64,000 nucleotides of DNA. It comes from Candidatus Latescibacterota bacterium (GTDB taxonomy: Bacteria > Latescibacterota > CBDEFO01). Below, piece by piece: positions 20,700 through 30,492 of the stretch (the first letter of the stretch is position 1; every line of letters starts with the position of its first letter). The notes under the pieces are model-generated. The model was not told where the DNA came from and searched no databases. It saw nothing but the letters and a program-made list of their open reading frames with translations. The position numbers and the translations under genes were made by a program. Where the stretch lies: positions 3,991,540-4,055,539 of the forward strand of contig OZ252149.1 in NCBI GenBank assembly GCA_965248755.1, given 5' to 3'.

Positions 20700-22377
20700 G
20701 CAGAAATATAGATGTACACTCGTCTCGGATTTTAATATAAATAACTTTTCCGGTTATCTGAGTAATGATGACGACTTTCCTATAGTCGAGGCAACCGTTG
20801 CACCATTTGGACAGGTGATACCGGTTTTGATACAAAGAGATTTAGAATGTTGGCGGAGTGATCCTGATTTGGCTGTGATTTGGACTCAACCTGAGGGTGT
20901 TATTAAGTCTTTTGATCACATTCTTATGTATGAAAATGTCTCGATAGAGCGTGTTTTTAAAGAGGTGGATGGATATTCTTCATTATTATTGAATATTCGT
21001 GATAGAGTGAAATTTGTATTTGTCCCGACGTGGGTCTTCCCTTCGTACCACAGAGGTTTTGGTATGCTCGATATGAAAACTGGTGTTGGGATAGCAAATA
21101 CCTTGATGCATATGAACTTAAGGCTTTCTGAAAATTTAGACAAAGCATCGAATATTTATTTATTAAATACTCAAAAATGGATTGAAATCGCGGGTAAAAA
21201 CGCCTTTAATCCAAAGCTGTGGTATATGGGAAAGATTGCCTTTGGAAATGAAGTTTTTATAGAAACAGTAAAGGATATAAAGTCTGCCTTGAGGGCAATA
21301 GAAGGCAATTCAAAGAAATTAATTATTCTTGATTTGGATGAAACTTTATGGGGTGAAATTATCGGAGATGTCGGATGGGAAAATATCAGATTAGGTGGAC
21401 ATGACCATATTGGTGAGGCGTATGTTGATTTTCAACGTGCATTGAAATCGTTGACAAATCGTGGTATCCTATTGGGTATAGTCAGCAAAAACGAAGAGGA
21501 GATTGCGTTAGAAGCGATAAATAACCATCCAGAAATGGTTCTTAAATTGGAGGATTTTGCCGGTTGGAAAATTAATTGGCAGGACAAAGCTCAAAATGCA
21601 ATTGATTTGGTTTCAGATTTGAATCTTGGTCTTCAATCGGTGGTCTTCATTGATGATAGTCCTGTTGAACGAGCACGAGTTAGGGAAGTATTGCCTGAGG
21701 TTTTTGTTCCTGAATGGCCAGAGGACAAAATGTTATATAAAAGTGCATTACTCAGTCTCCGTTGTTTTGATACTCCTTCAATTAGTAAAGAAGATCTTGA
21801 AAGGACAAGGATGTATGTATCAGAGCGACAACGTAAGGATTTGAAAAGAAATGTCGGTTCATTAGATGGATGGTTGAAGAGTTTAAAGATAAAGGTAAAA
21901 GTAGAAAAGTTAAATGAGACTAATCTTCAAAGAACAGCTCAATTGTTGAACAAAACTAATCAAATGAATCTTACTACAAGGCGAGTGACAGAATCAGAAC
22001 TAGTAGATTGGGTGAGGCAGGGGAATCATAAACTTTGGACTTTTCGTGTTTCGGATAAGTTTGGAGATTCAGGACTAACAGGTATAATAAGTCTTGAAGT
22101 AAAAAACAAAACAGGGAACATTGTGGATTTTGTTCTAAGCTGTAGAGTTATGGGTCGAAAGGTAGAGGAAACTATGCTATCAACAGCTATTGATTATGCA
22201 CGGTCCATAGGACTGGATGAAATATATGCAAAATATATTTCAACTCCTAAGAATAAACCTTGTTTAAGATTTTTTGAACATTCGGGATTTGAATATAACA
22301 GCGACCATATTTTTAAATGGAATCTTAATAAAACATATAAGGTACTTCAGTATATTGAGACAGATCGTTCTACATAG
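20692..22377 (+). CDS. FkbH-like HAD-IIIC glyceryl-ACP loading phosphatase
   Basis: ILDLDETLWG, SKN, INWQDK, FIDDSPVER, KTNQMNLTT, DKFGDSG, LSCRVMGR. Confidence 0.93.
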   Translation: MDKQKYRCTLVSDFNINNFSGYLSNDDDFPIVEATVAPFGQVIPVLIQRDLECWRSDPDLAVIWTQPEGVIKSFDHILMYENVSIERVFKEVDGYSSLLLNIRDRVKFVFVPTWVFPSYHRGFGMLDMKTGVGIANTLMHMNLRLSENLDKASNIYLLNTQKWIEIAGKNAFNPKLWYMGKIAFGNEVFIETVKDIKSALRAIEGNSKKLIILDLDETLWGEIIGDVGWENIRLGGHDHIGEAYVDFQRALKSLTNRGILLGIVSKNEEEIALEAINNHPEMVLKLEDFAGWKINWQDKAQNAIDLVSDLNLGLQSVVFIDDSPVERARVREVLPEVFVPEWPEDKMLYKSALLSLRCFDTPSISKEDLERTRMYVSERQRKDLKRNVGSLDGWLKSLKIKVKVEKLNETNLQRTAQLLNKTNQMNLTTRRVTESELVDWVRQGNHKLWTFRVSDKFGDSGLTGIISLEVKNKTGNIVDFVLSCRVMGRKVEETMLSTAIDYARSIGLDEIYAKYISTPKNKPCLRFFEHSGFEYNSDHIFKWNLNKTYKVLQYIETDRST

Positions 22378-22447
22378 ATAGATATTCTAGCGTATTGTAA
22401 TAATTCAGAAAGGAATACAATTTTTAAAAAAACTTATAGGAGAGAAA

Positions 22448-23341
22448 ATGGATGATAATCACAATGCTGAAAATAGTCAATTATTTGAACAAAAACTTGC
22501 AGACAAAAATTATTACAAGCTACCTAATGGGCTTTTAATTCTTCATGAAAATAACTATGAAACAGATTATCTCTACAAAGAAATATTTGAAGATCAGGTT
22601 TATTTGAAACACGGAATAACTATAAATAATGGAGATTATATTTTTGATGTAGGTGCAAATATAGGTCTTTTTACACTATTTGTTCAGAAAATATGCAAAG
22701 ACGCCAACATTTACGCATTTGAACCATCTCCTGATGTTTGTGAAAGTTTGCGTGTCAATGCATCTCTGTATGGTTCAAATGTGAAAGTCTATGAGTGTGG
22801 ATTGTCAAATGAAAACAAAAAGGCTGTTTTTAGTTTTTATCCTGGGTATTCTATTTTATCTGGATTCTATGCTAATTTGGAACAAGATGAAGTTACACTT
22901 AGATCTGGCATTTGTAATCAGTTGCGCAGGACTAATCCAAAGCAGGGTGCTTTAGCAGCGGATAAGTATATTGATTTATTAGTAAAGGGGAAGCTCAAGA
23001 AAAAAATATATACGTGTCAGTTAAGAACAATTTCTAGCATTATAAGAGAAAATAACATTAAACAAATAGACTTATTAAAAGTTGATGTTGAGAAGAGTGA
23101 ACTGGATATCCTAAATGGTATCAATGAAAGAGACTGGAAAAAGATTAAGCAAATTGTTGTGGAAGTACATGAGATACAAGGAATAAGTTTAAGCCAAATT
23201 AGATCTTTACTCAATGCTAGAGATTTTAAACTTAAGATTGAACAAGAAGAACAATTCAAAAACTCGGGCATCTTTAATGTTTATGCTATTAGGGGAGGGA
23301 GGATGAAATATACTCAAAATATATTCCAACCCCAAAAATAA
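22448..23341 (+). CDS. FkbM-family methyltransferase
   Basis: YLYKEIF, FDVGANIGLF, AFEP, IDLLKVDVEKSE, QIVVEVH. Confidence 0.9.
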   Translation: MDDNHNAENSQLFEQKLADKNYYKLPNGLLILHENNYETDYLYKEIFEDQVYLKHGITINNGDYIFDVGANIGLFTLFVQKICKDANIYAFEPSPDVCESLRVNASLYGSNVKVYECGLSNENKKAVFSFYPGYSILSGFYANLEQDEVTLRSGICNQLRRTNPKQGALAADKYIDLLVKGKLKKKIYTCQLRTISSIIRENNIKQIDLLKVDVEKSELDILNGINERDWKKIKQIVVEVHEIQGISLSQIRSLLNARDFKLKIEQEEQFKNSGIFNVYAIRGGRMKYTQNIFQPQK

Positions 23342-23377
23342 ACCTTGTTTAGGATTTTGGAAGAATTCGGGATTTAA

Positions 23378-24902
23378 AAGGCTTGTGAAATAGTTACCAT
23401 GTAGAGAGCGTCTTAAGACGCCAATTACCCGTTAAGCAGAAGCATATAGTATCGTTTTGCTATAGAATAAGCAAAATATTCTCATCAAAGGTCTTGTCAG
23501 CAAGGAATAGGAACTATTTGAAGAACGGGATGCACTCTCTTGGACAGACAGAGCACATATAGACGCTTTTCCCCTTCTGATGAAGGATACGAGCCTCTTG
23601 AGATTCTGCACTGTTGCAACAAGATTTAACTGTTCATTCAGTGAGGCCAATCCCCTGTAACGGGCTCGGCCCATACCGTGCTGTTGTTTGGCTTCAGCAA
23701 AGATATGTTCACTGCGTTTACGGAATTTCTGAGAGACTTTGTAGTCAGATGTCGATAAAATAGATCGTGCATGATTTCTGGCTTTTGCCTCTCGCACTTT
23801 TCTATCTCGTTTAGCCTGAATATGTGCGAAATTTGTCTTGTTCTTCCATGTAGGAATTGGCTCAATCTCTTCACCTGATCGCAGAGGAATGTGGGGTGTG
23901 ATCCCCCGGTCAAGTATATCGGCGATAAAACCACCAGAACCATAGCCCTTATCGGCAGTAAGCGTCTGAATGCCTTCGGGAATCGTGTATACTTCAAGAT
24001 CATCAACCATCTTAAGGGCACTTTCTCGCTCTGCTGTCCCTGTCGCCTGTGTACCCTCTGTATCGAGGATTACTCTGCTTTTTGTGTCGATGAGATCATG
24101 ACCTGTAAACGAAAGAGAAGCCTCCTTGCCCTTTGATTTCCTGTATAAAAGGGCATCGGGGTCTGTAATCGAACAATGCGTCTGGTTCGTCCACTTTTCA
24201 CCGCGAAAGTCTTTATCCTGAGGATGATCAGATCGATCTACGGTCTGTGCCTTATCACCTTCAAAGCCAATTCCCTTGAGATAATCATCAAGAGAAATGG
24301 GAGGCTCTATCGGCTCAATACTCTTTACTGAAGCATTAGCTCGTATCTGAGTGCCATCGACACTGAGGTGTTTACCGCTCACAAGACCGACATCTGTGCA
24401 ACACTGGACTACCTGACGCATTATCTGTTCAAACAACCCGCTCGATGTCCACCTGTGATTGCGAAGCTTGTTGATCGTGCTCCTGTCTGGAACCTCATCC
24501 TGAAATGTCATATGACAAAACAACCGATATGCAGCATGCATCCCCACTACCTGACAAAGCCGATTCTCACTCAAATTATACAGATAGCCGATAAGGATCA
24601 TCCGAACAACTAATTCAGGATCGATACCGGGTCTGCCATTGTCAGGACAATAACAATCTGACACAACGTCTCGTACAAATGAAAAATCAACGACCTTATC
24701 AATCTGACGGAGGATATGATCTTGGGGGACTACATCCTCCATCTGAAAATAGTGAAACAAGGGATTTGTTTGTTCCTTCTTTTGTGGGGTAATTATTTCC
24801 TCCATATATAATATTATCAATAACATAATATAATACATGGGAGCTGCTTTATCAATACCTGTTTTGTACTATTTTCTCGTCTAAGGGTTTTTCACAAGTC
24901 TT
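23378..24902 (-). mobile_element. IS1182-family insertion sequence with TTAA target duplication
   Basis: IRs AAGGCTTGTGAAA (left) and TTTCACAAGTCTT (right); TTAA at 23374-23377 and 24903-24906. Confidence 0.85.
23432..24805 (-). CDS. IS1182-family DDE transposase
   Basis: VPQDHILRQID, GRPGIDP, VPDRSTI, VDGTQIRANAS, TDPDA, ADKGY, RSEHIFAEAKQQHG, QNLKRL; start uncertain. Confidence 0.9.
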   Translation of the reverse strand: MEEIITPQKKEQTNPLFHYFQMEDVVPQDHILRQIDKVVDFSFVRDVVSDCYCPDNGRPGIDPELVVRMILIGYLYNLSENRLCQVVGMHAAYRLFCHMTFQDEVPDRSTINKLRNHRWTSSGLFEQIMRQVVQCCTDVGLVSGKHLSVDGTQIRANASVKSIEPIEPPISLDDYLKGIGFEGDKAQTVDRSDHPQDKDFRGEKWTNQTHCSITDPDALLYRKSKGKEASLSFTGHDLIDTKSRVILDTEGTQATGTAERESALKMVDDLEVYTIPEGIQTLTADKGYGSGGFIADILDRGITPHIPLRSGEEIEPIPTWKNKTNFAHIQAKRDRKVREAKARNHARSILSTSDYKVSQKFRKRSEHIFAEAKQQHGMGRARYRGLASLNEQLNLVATVQNLKRLVSFIRRGKASICALSVQESASRSSNSSYSLLTRPLMRIFCLFYSKTILYASA

Positions 24903-24952
24903 TTAAAGGTGCTTAAAGTTATCGTATTACCTAAGAAAGGAATCGTCCTAAA

Positions 24953-25514
24953 ATGTCTGATAAGAAAATAAGAATAGAAAGAATAAAGGTCAAAGATCTA
25001 CACGAATTCGCTTGTCGAACGGTTAGCAGAACCAAAGAGAATGATGTTATTCCAATAACAAAGCATCGCGCTCTTGCTCACACGAATAATCCCTACGCAG
25101 ATGAAAATGATATAGGCTTGTTGGTTGCTTATATAGGAAACCAGTGTATTGGGTATCTTGGATTAATGCCAGGATTGCTTAAAGAAGGCGATAAGTTTTC
25201 AAAGGTTCATTGGTTCTCCACTTGGTTTGTTCCCCCCGAATTTAGGAAGACATCGGTTGGTTTACTCCTCATGATGAACGCGTTGTCATTAAAGTATGAT
25301 CTTATTGCTACCGGAATAAGTAACGAAACAGAAAGAATATGCAGAGGCTTAGGTTTCCACGAACTTGGCCCTCTTGATTATTATGTAATAAACGTTGACA
25401 GAATGAACTTTTTGGCTTTGACATTTCGACTATTACGAAACATTTTAAGTAAAATAAGAATTAAATCTAAAATCACCGATGCGATAATCAGAGCATCCGA
25501 GCGCATATTTTACC
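24953..25514 (+). pseudogene. GNAT-like protein truncated by an IS3 copy
   Basis: LLVAY..CIGYLGLMP..WFSTWFVPPEFRKTSVGLLL..GF; the ORF runs into the IS end at 25515 and no continuation is seen. Confidence 0.6.
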
Positions 25515-26780
25515 TGTACTGCTTCCCAGGAAAGCGACACCAATTAAGCAACCTGGGGTAGTAGATAAAATTGTTTTCTCCACTCTTTTGGGGTCTTATA
25601 TCCCAGGGATGAATGAAGCCTGTTCTTGTTGTAATTATCGATCCACTGAGATATGATCTTCTCAGCCTGTTCAAAGGATTCAAACTTGTGAAGCCAAACA
25701 CACTCTTGCTTGAGGGTCCTGAAAAAACGCTCTACAACACCGTTCCAATCGGGTTTACCACTTGGTATGTATTCCTGACGAATTCCCCAATATTCGGTAC
25801 TGGCCAAATAGGCCCGAGCCAAAAAGATGGAACCATTGTCAGAGCGCAAAGTGAGACCCTGGGGGACAGCCTCCTTGGAAGTGTATCGAGAGATCACGGC
25901 CCGATCCAGGGCATCTGTGGCCTCCAGTGCCCTCCCTTTTCGACTAAAACGATACCCAGGAACCTCCCGGCTTCCGTTGTCCACCACCGCAATAAGAGGA
26001 CACCAACCATCTTTTCCACAGTAAATCTTTGTCAAGTCACTCGACCACAAACTGTCGGGACTATCCACCACAGAACGCTTCTGGGCAACCTGTGGCCCCT
26101 TTCTCCCGGGACGATTCCACAGCTTACACTGCCACCCCTTAAGCTTCATTATCCTATGAACCTTCTTGATGTTGACATATGCCCCTTCCTTGAAACGAAG
26201 ATGCGCCCAAACCCGCCTGTGACCAAATGCCTCTTCTTGGTCGAGTATCCCTCGAATACGAAAAGCAAGCTGTTCATCTATCACAGACTCTTCGACAGAA
26301 GAACTGACACCTCTATACCTAAGCCTACACAGAGTCGAACGATGCAAACCCAAAGCCAAAGCTACCACCTTCCGGGAATAGCCTCGACCCAAAAACCGCT
26401 CACTCAAGGCAACCGCTTCGTTTTTTTTAGACGGGCTACCTCCTCGAGTATCTCCAACTGGAGGGTTAAGTGCCCTACCTTACGCTCCAACCGGCTGACC
26501 TCCCGCTCCTTCGCATCCTTGCGACCACGCCGAGACTTCAGACTCTCCTGGCCTCCTTCCAAGAAACTATCACGCCAAGCATACGCCTGTGACTGGCTAA
26601 TTCCATTCTTCCAACACACCTCTGATACATTCGCTCCTTTCAAAACAGCCAACACCACCTCTACCTTACGGGTCGCCGTCCAGCGCTTACCATCTTTCAC
26701 TTCGGGGCTTGACACCTTGACCTCCTTTCTCAAACCCCAATTTGCAAAATATTTGTCGCCCTGTCAAGGGGAGCGGTATG
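25515..26780 (-). mobile_element. IS3-family element copy 1 (1266 bp, mosaic, no TSD); orfA 26733-26404, orfB 26407-25544
   Basis: Ends TGTACTGCTTCCC and GGGGAGCGGTATG; OrfB DDE motifs WSSDLT, RSDNGS, VERFFRTLKQE. Confidence 0.93.
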
Positions 26781-26928
26781 GCAAGACTCTCTTCTTCAAA
26801 GAAAAGTATCATTTATTTGTTATCAGGGATGACAATTTTGTATAGCATATATCCTATATTTTCTGGACAATTTTGGCCGTATCATTGGATGCCGTTTAAA
26901 TATTTTATTATCATACTCGCGTCGATGA
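26781..26928 (+). pseudogene. 148-bp internal fragment of a membrane-protein gene trapped between two IS copies
   Basis: Reads ARLSSSKKSIIYLLSGMTILYSIYPIFSGQFWPYHWMPFKYFIIILASM; matches neither neighbouring gene. Confidence 0.55.
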
Positions 26929-28194
26929 TGTACTGCTTCCCAGGAAAGCGACACCAATTAAGCAACCTGGGGTAGTAGATAAAATTGTTTTCTCCACTCT
27001 TTTGGGGTCTTATATCCCAGGGATGAATGAAGCCTGTTCTTGTTGTAATTATCGATCCACTGAGATATGATCTTCTCAGCCTGTTCAAAGGATTCAAACT
27101 TGTGAAGCCAAACACACTCTTGCTTGAGGGTCCTGAAAAAACGCTCTACAACACCGTTCCAATCGGGTTTACCACTTGGTATGTATTCCTGACGAATTCC
27201 CCAATATTCGGTACTGGCCAAATAGGCCCGAGCCAAAAAGATGGAACCATTGTCAGAGCGCAAAGTGAGACCCTGGGGGACAGCCTCCTTGGAAGTGTAT
27301 CGAGAGATCACGGCCCGATCCAGGGCATCTGTGGCCTCCAGTGCCCTCCCTTTTCGACTAAAACGATACCCAGGAACCTCCCGGCTTCCGTTGTCCACCA
27401 CCGCAATAAGAGGACACCAACCATCTTTTCCACAGTAAATCTTTGTCAAGTCACTCGACCACAAACTGTCGGGACTATCCACCACAGAACGCTTCTGGGC
27501 AACCTGTGGCCCCTTTCTCCCGGGACGATTCCACAGCTTACACTGCCACCCCTTAAGCTTCATTATCCTATGAACCTTCTTAACGTTGACACATTCCCCT
27601 TCCTTGAAACGAAGATGCGCCCAAACCCGCCTGTGACCAAATGCCTCTTCTTGGTCCAGTATCCCTCGAATACGAAAAGCAAGCTCCTCATCTATCACAG
27701 GCTCTTTAACAGAAGAACTGACACCTCTATCCCTAAACCTATACAGAGTCGAACGATGCAAACCCAAAGCCAAAGCTACCACCTTGCGGGAATAGCCTCG
27801 ACCCAAAAACCGCCCACTCAAGGCAACCGCTTCGTTTTTTTTAGACGGGCTACCTCTTCGAGTATCTCCAACTGGAGCGTCAACTGCCCTACCTTGCGCT
27901 CCAACCGGCTAACCTCTCGCTCCTTCGGATCCTTGCGACCACGCCGAGACTTCAGACTCTCCTGGCCCCCTTCTAAGAAACTATCACGCCAAGCATACGC
28001 CTGCGACTGGCTAATTCCATTCTTACGACACACCTCAGATAGATCTGCTCCTCTCAAAAGAGCCAACACAATCTCTCCCTTACGGGTCGCCGTCCAGCGC
28101 TTACCATCTTTCACTTCGGGGCTCGACACCTTGACCTCCCTTCTCAAACCCCAATTTGCGAAATATTTGTCGCTCTGTCAAGGGGAGCGGTATG
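26929..28194 (-). mobile_element. IS3-family element copy 2 (1266 bp, no TSD); orfA 28147-27818, orfB 27821-26958
   Basis: Same ends and ORFs as copies 3 and 5. Confidence 0.93.
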
Positions 28195-28225
28195 ATATAG
28201 CGTTCACTTGACAGCAGAAAGGTAG

Positions 28226-29242
28226 ATGATGAAGACACTAGCGAGGAAAGTTGTGAAGAAAATAGCTGAATCTATTCCTCTTTCTGCATATCAATTCTTG
28301 GTTAGGAGGGAAGTGATAGGGCTATATTATCATGTAGTTTCTGATGAACCTTTATATCACATAAAGCACACTTGTTCCTATAAATCATCTGAAATGTTCG
28401 AAGCTGATCTTATATATCTGAAGCAAACTTATAACTTGATATCGTATGAACAATTTATCGAGCATTATTCTTTGAAAACCAAAATCATACCCAACTCCAT
28501 AATTCTGACTTTTGATGATGGGTTTTCGGAATGCATTTCGATTGTAAGACCTCTCTTACTTAAGCACGAAGTTCCTTGCATTTTCTTTATAACAACAGAC
28601 TTTGTTGACAATAGAACTATGTTTTACAAGAATAAGGTCTCACTCTGCATCGAAAGAATTAGATCCTTTGAAAATCTCGATGTTTTTAGCAAGATTAATA
28701 GTACTTTTGAACAATGCGTAGAAAGTCCAGAATCATTTGTTCAGTGGATTAAATCTTTGAATTCCTCTGATGAAGATATTATAGATGAAATCTGTAACAT
28801 ATTAGGAATAGATATTGAACAATATCTTATAACTTATAAACCTTATTTAACATCTAACGAAATCAAACTTTTGGTATCTGACGGTTTTACAATCGGTGCA
28901 CACAGTAAAAAACATCTTAACCTTAATTTATTAAGTAATGAAGATATGGAAGAAGAAATCGTTGATTCTTGTAAAATAATTATGGACTTAACACAAAGTG
29001 ATCACATACCATTTGCCTTTCCGTTTTCTAGCGACGGCATTGATAGGCACTTTCTAGAAAGTTTAATTTCAAAATATAAATTCATCGGATTACTTTTTGA
29101 TACAAAAGGTTTAAGAAAAGATAAGGACTTCATAATAAATAGAATATTGGCCGACACACCTGGTGTAGGAAGTAAATTAAATATGCCACAAGTTTTGCGT
29201 GGTGCCTATCAAGATCACTTGATACGGTTGATTAGAAGATGA
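28226..29242 (+). CDS. Polysaccharide deacetylase (CE4/NodB)
   Basis: LYYHVV, LTFDDG, FFITT, IGAHSKKH, FAFPF. Confidence 0.88.
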   Translation: MMKTLARKVVKKIAESIPLSAYQFLVRREVIGLYYHVVSDEPLYHIKHTCSYKSSEMFEADLIYLKQTYNLISYEQFIEHYSLKTKIIPNSIILTFDDGFSECISIVRPLLLKHEVPCIFFITTDFVDNRTMFYKNKVSLCIERIRSFENLDVFSKINSTFEQCVESPESFVQWIKSLNSSDEDIIDEICNILGIDIEQYLITYKPYLTSNEIKLLVSDGFTIGAHSKKHLNLNLLSNEDMEEEIVDSCKIIMDLTQSDHIPFAFPFSSDGIDRHFLESLISKYKFIGLLFDTKGLRKDKDFIINRILADTPGVGSKLNMPQVLRGAYQDHLIRLIRR

Positions 29243-30372
29243 ACCTTCTTTTAGTGACCGAAGATTATCCTCCGGCGCCAGGGGGCATAGCTACGTTTTT
29301 GTACAATATTTGCCTCTTTACAAAGTTTGACATATCTGTCCTTACTGTGAAGTGGGAATCCTGCGACGAATTCGATAAAAAACAGAGTTATTTCACAAAA
29401 AGGATCGCTCCGCTAAGATACCTGGGGTTTTTATCTTTCTTTTTAAATGTCCTTTACTTGGTGATCCGAAGGAGGATAGATATAATCTTCTGGGGATATT
29501 GTGTCCCTCTGGCGATAACGGGTTGGCTTGTTAAGTCTATATTAAATGTGAGATTAGCTGTTTTAGTGCATGGAAATGACCTTAACTGTTCTCTTTCTCA
29601 GGGGAGAATGAGCAGGTGTATCTCCCTTTTTGTGTTAAGGCGATGCGATGTTGTCTTCACGAACTGCAGTTATAACAGGGACATATTACTAAAGCTTGGT
29701 CTTTTCCCCGAAAGGATAAAGATATTCCACCCTGGTGTGGACATCTCTGTGTTCTATCCCGAAAGTGTGGACGGAGAATTACAGAAAAGATACAATCTGT
29801 CGGGCAAGAAGGTTATACTGACTGTGGGGAGGCTCGTTCAGCGTAAGGGTCAAAGAGCGGTTGTGGAGGTGCTCGCGGATATTGTAAATAAGATTCCCGA
29901 TGTGATCTACGTCATTGCGGGAGACGGCCCTGATAAATATAATTTAGATGTTCTAGTCCGAAAACTGGGCTTAGGCCAAAACGTTGTGTTTATCCCAGAT
30001 CTTTCTTATGACCTTTTGCCTGCTATGTACAATCTATGTGACCTCTTCGTTATGGTCAGCAAAGAGATTCCGGAAGAGGGAGAGGTGGAGGGCTTCGGGA
30101 TCGTGTTTTCTGAGGCAGGGGCGTGCGGCAAACCTGTGGTTGGGGGTAGGTCTGGAGGGATACCGGATGCTGTAGTGGATGGTGTCACAGGAATCTTGGT
30201 CGATCCCGAGGATCGTGAGGAGCTGAGGGAGGCTATTTGTTCTTTGCTTTCGGATCCTGAGAAAGCGCAGGTAATGGGACGAAATGGGCGGCAGAGGATG
30301 CTGAACGAACTGACGTGGGAAAAGGTCGTGGGGGAATTTGACGATGAATTGGAGTCGCTGCTAAGTAAGTAG
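29239..30372 (+). CDS. GT4 glycosyltransferase (PimB-like)
   Basis: DYPPAPGGIA, TVGRLVQRKG, EGFGIVFSEAGACGKPVV..SGGIPDAV. Confidence 0.92.
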   Translation: MNLLLVTEDYPPAPGGIATFLYNICLFTKFDISVLTVKWESCDEFDKKQSYFTKRIAPLRYLGFLSFFLNVLYLVIRRRIDIIFWGYCVPLAITGWLVKSILNVRLAVLVHGNDLNCSLSQGRMSRCISLFVLRRCDVVFTNCSYNRDILLKLGLFPERIKIFHPGVDISVFYPESVDGELQKRYNLSGKKVILTVGRLVQRKGQRAVVEVLADIVNKIPDVIYVIAGDGPDKYNLDVLVRKLGLGQNVVFIPDLSYDLLPAMYNLCDLFVMVSKEIPEEGEVEGFGIVFSEAGACGKPVVGGRSGGIPDAVVDGVTGILVDPEDREELREAICSLLSDPEKAQVMGRNGRQRMLNELTWEKVVGEFDDELESLLSK

Positions 30373-30398
30373 ACAGGGCACGTCACTTAGAAAGAGTT

Positions 30399-30472
30399 GT
30401 CAGACAGGAATGTCTGACCCACCTTCCTATATATGTTGGTGGTTGGTAGAACAGACATTCTTGTCTGTTCTA
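30399..30472. repeat. Back-to-back REP-like palindrome pair (REPIN/BIME-like)
   Basis: GTCAGACA-ggaa-TGTCTGAC-CCACC, and GTAG-led TAGAACAGACA-ttct-TGTCTGTTCTA. Confidence 0.65.
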
Positions 30473-30492
30473 AGGATTCTTTAAATAGATCA

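Noticed and set aside
20391-23341. Polyketide synthase cluster
   Set aside because: No ketosynthase or PKS acyltransferase in the window.
25613-26845. Long (393-410 aa) ORFs antisense to the IS3 copies (also 27027, 31721, 44738)
   Set aside because: They are shadows of orfA/orfB with no recognisable motifs, and their ends vary with flanking DNA.
30433-30492. N-terminal extensions in the ORF track (30433, 34156, 53126, 55307, 13736)
   Set aside because: They run through REP or hairpin DNA or the upstream gene; downstream starts with an RBS, an overlap or a better domain fit are preferred.
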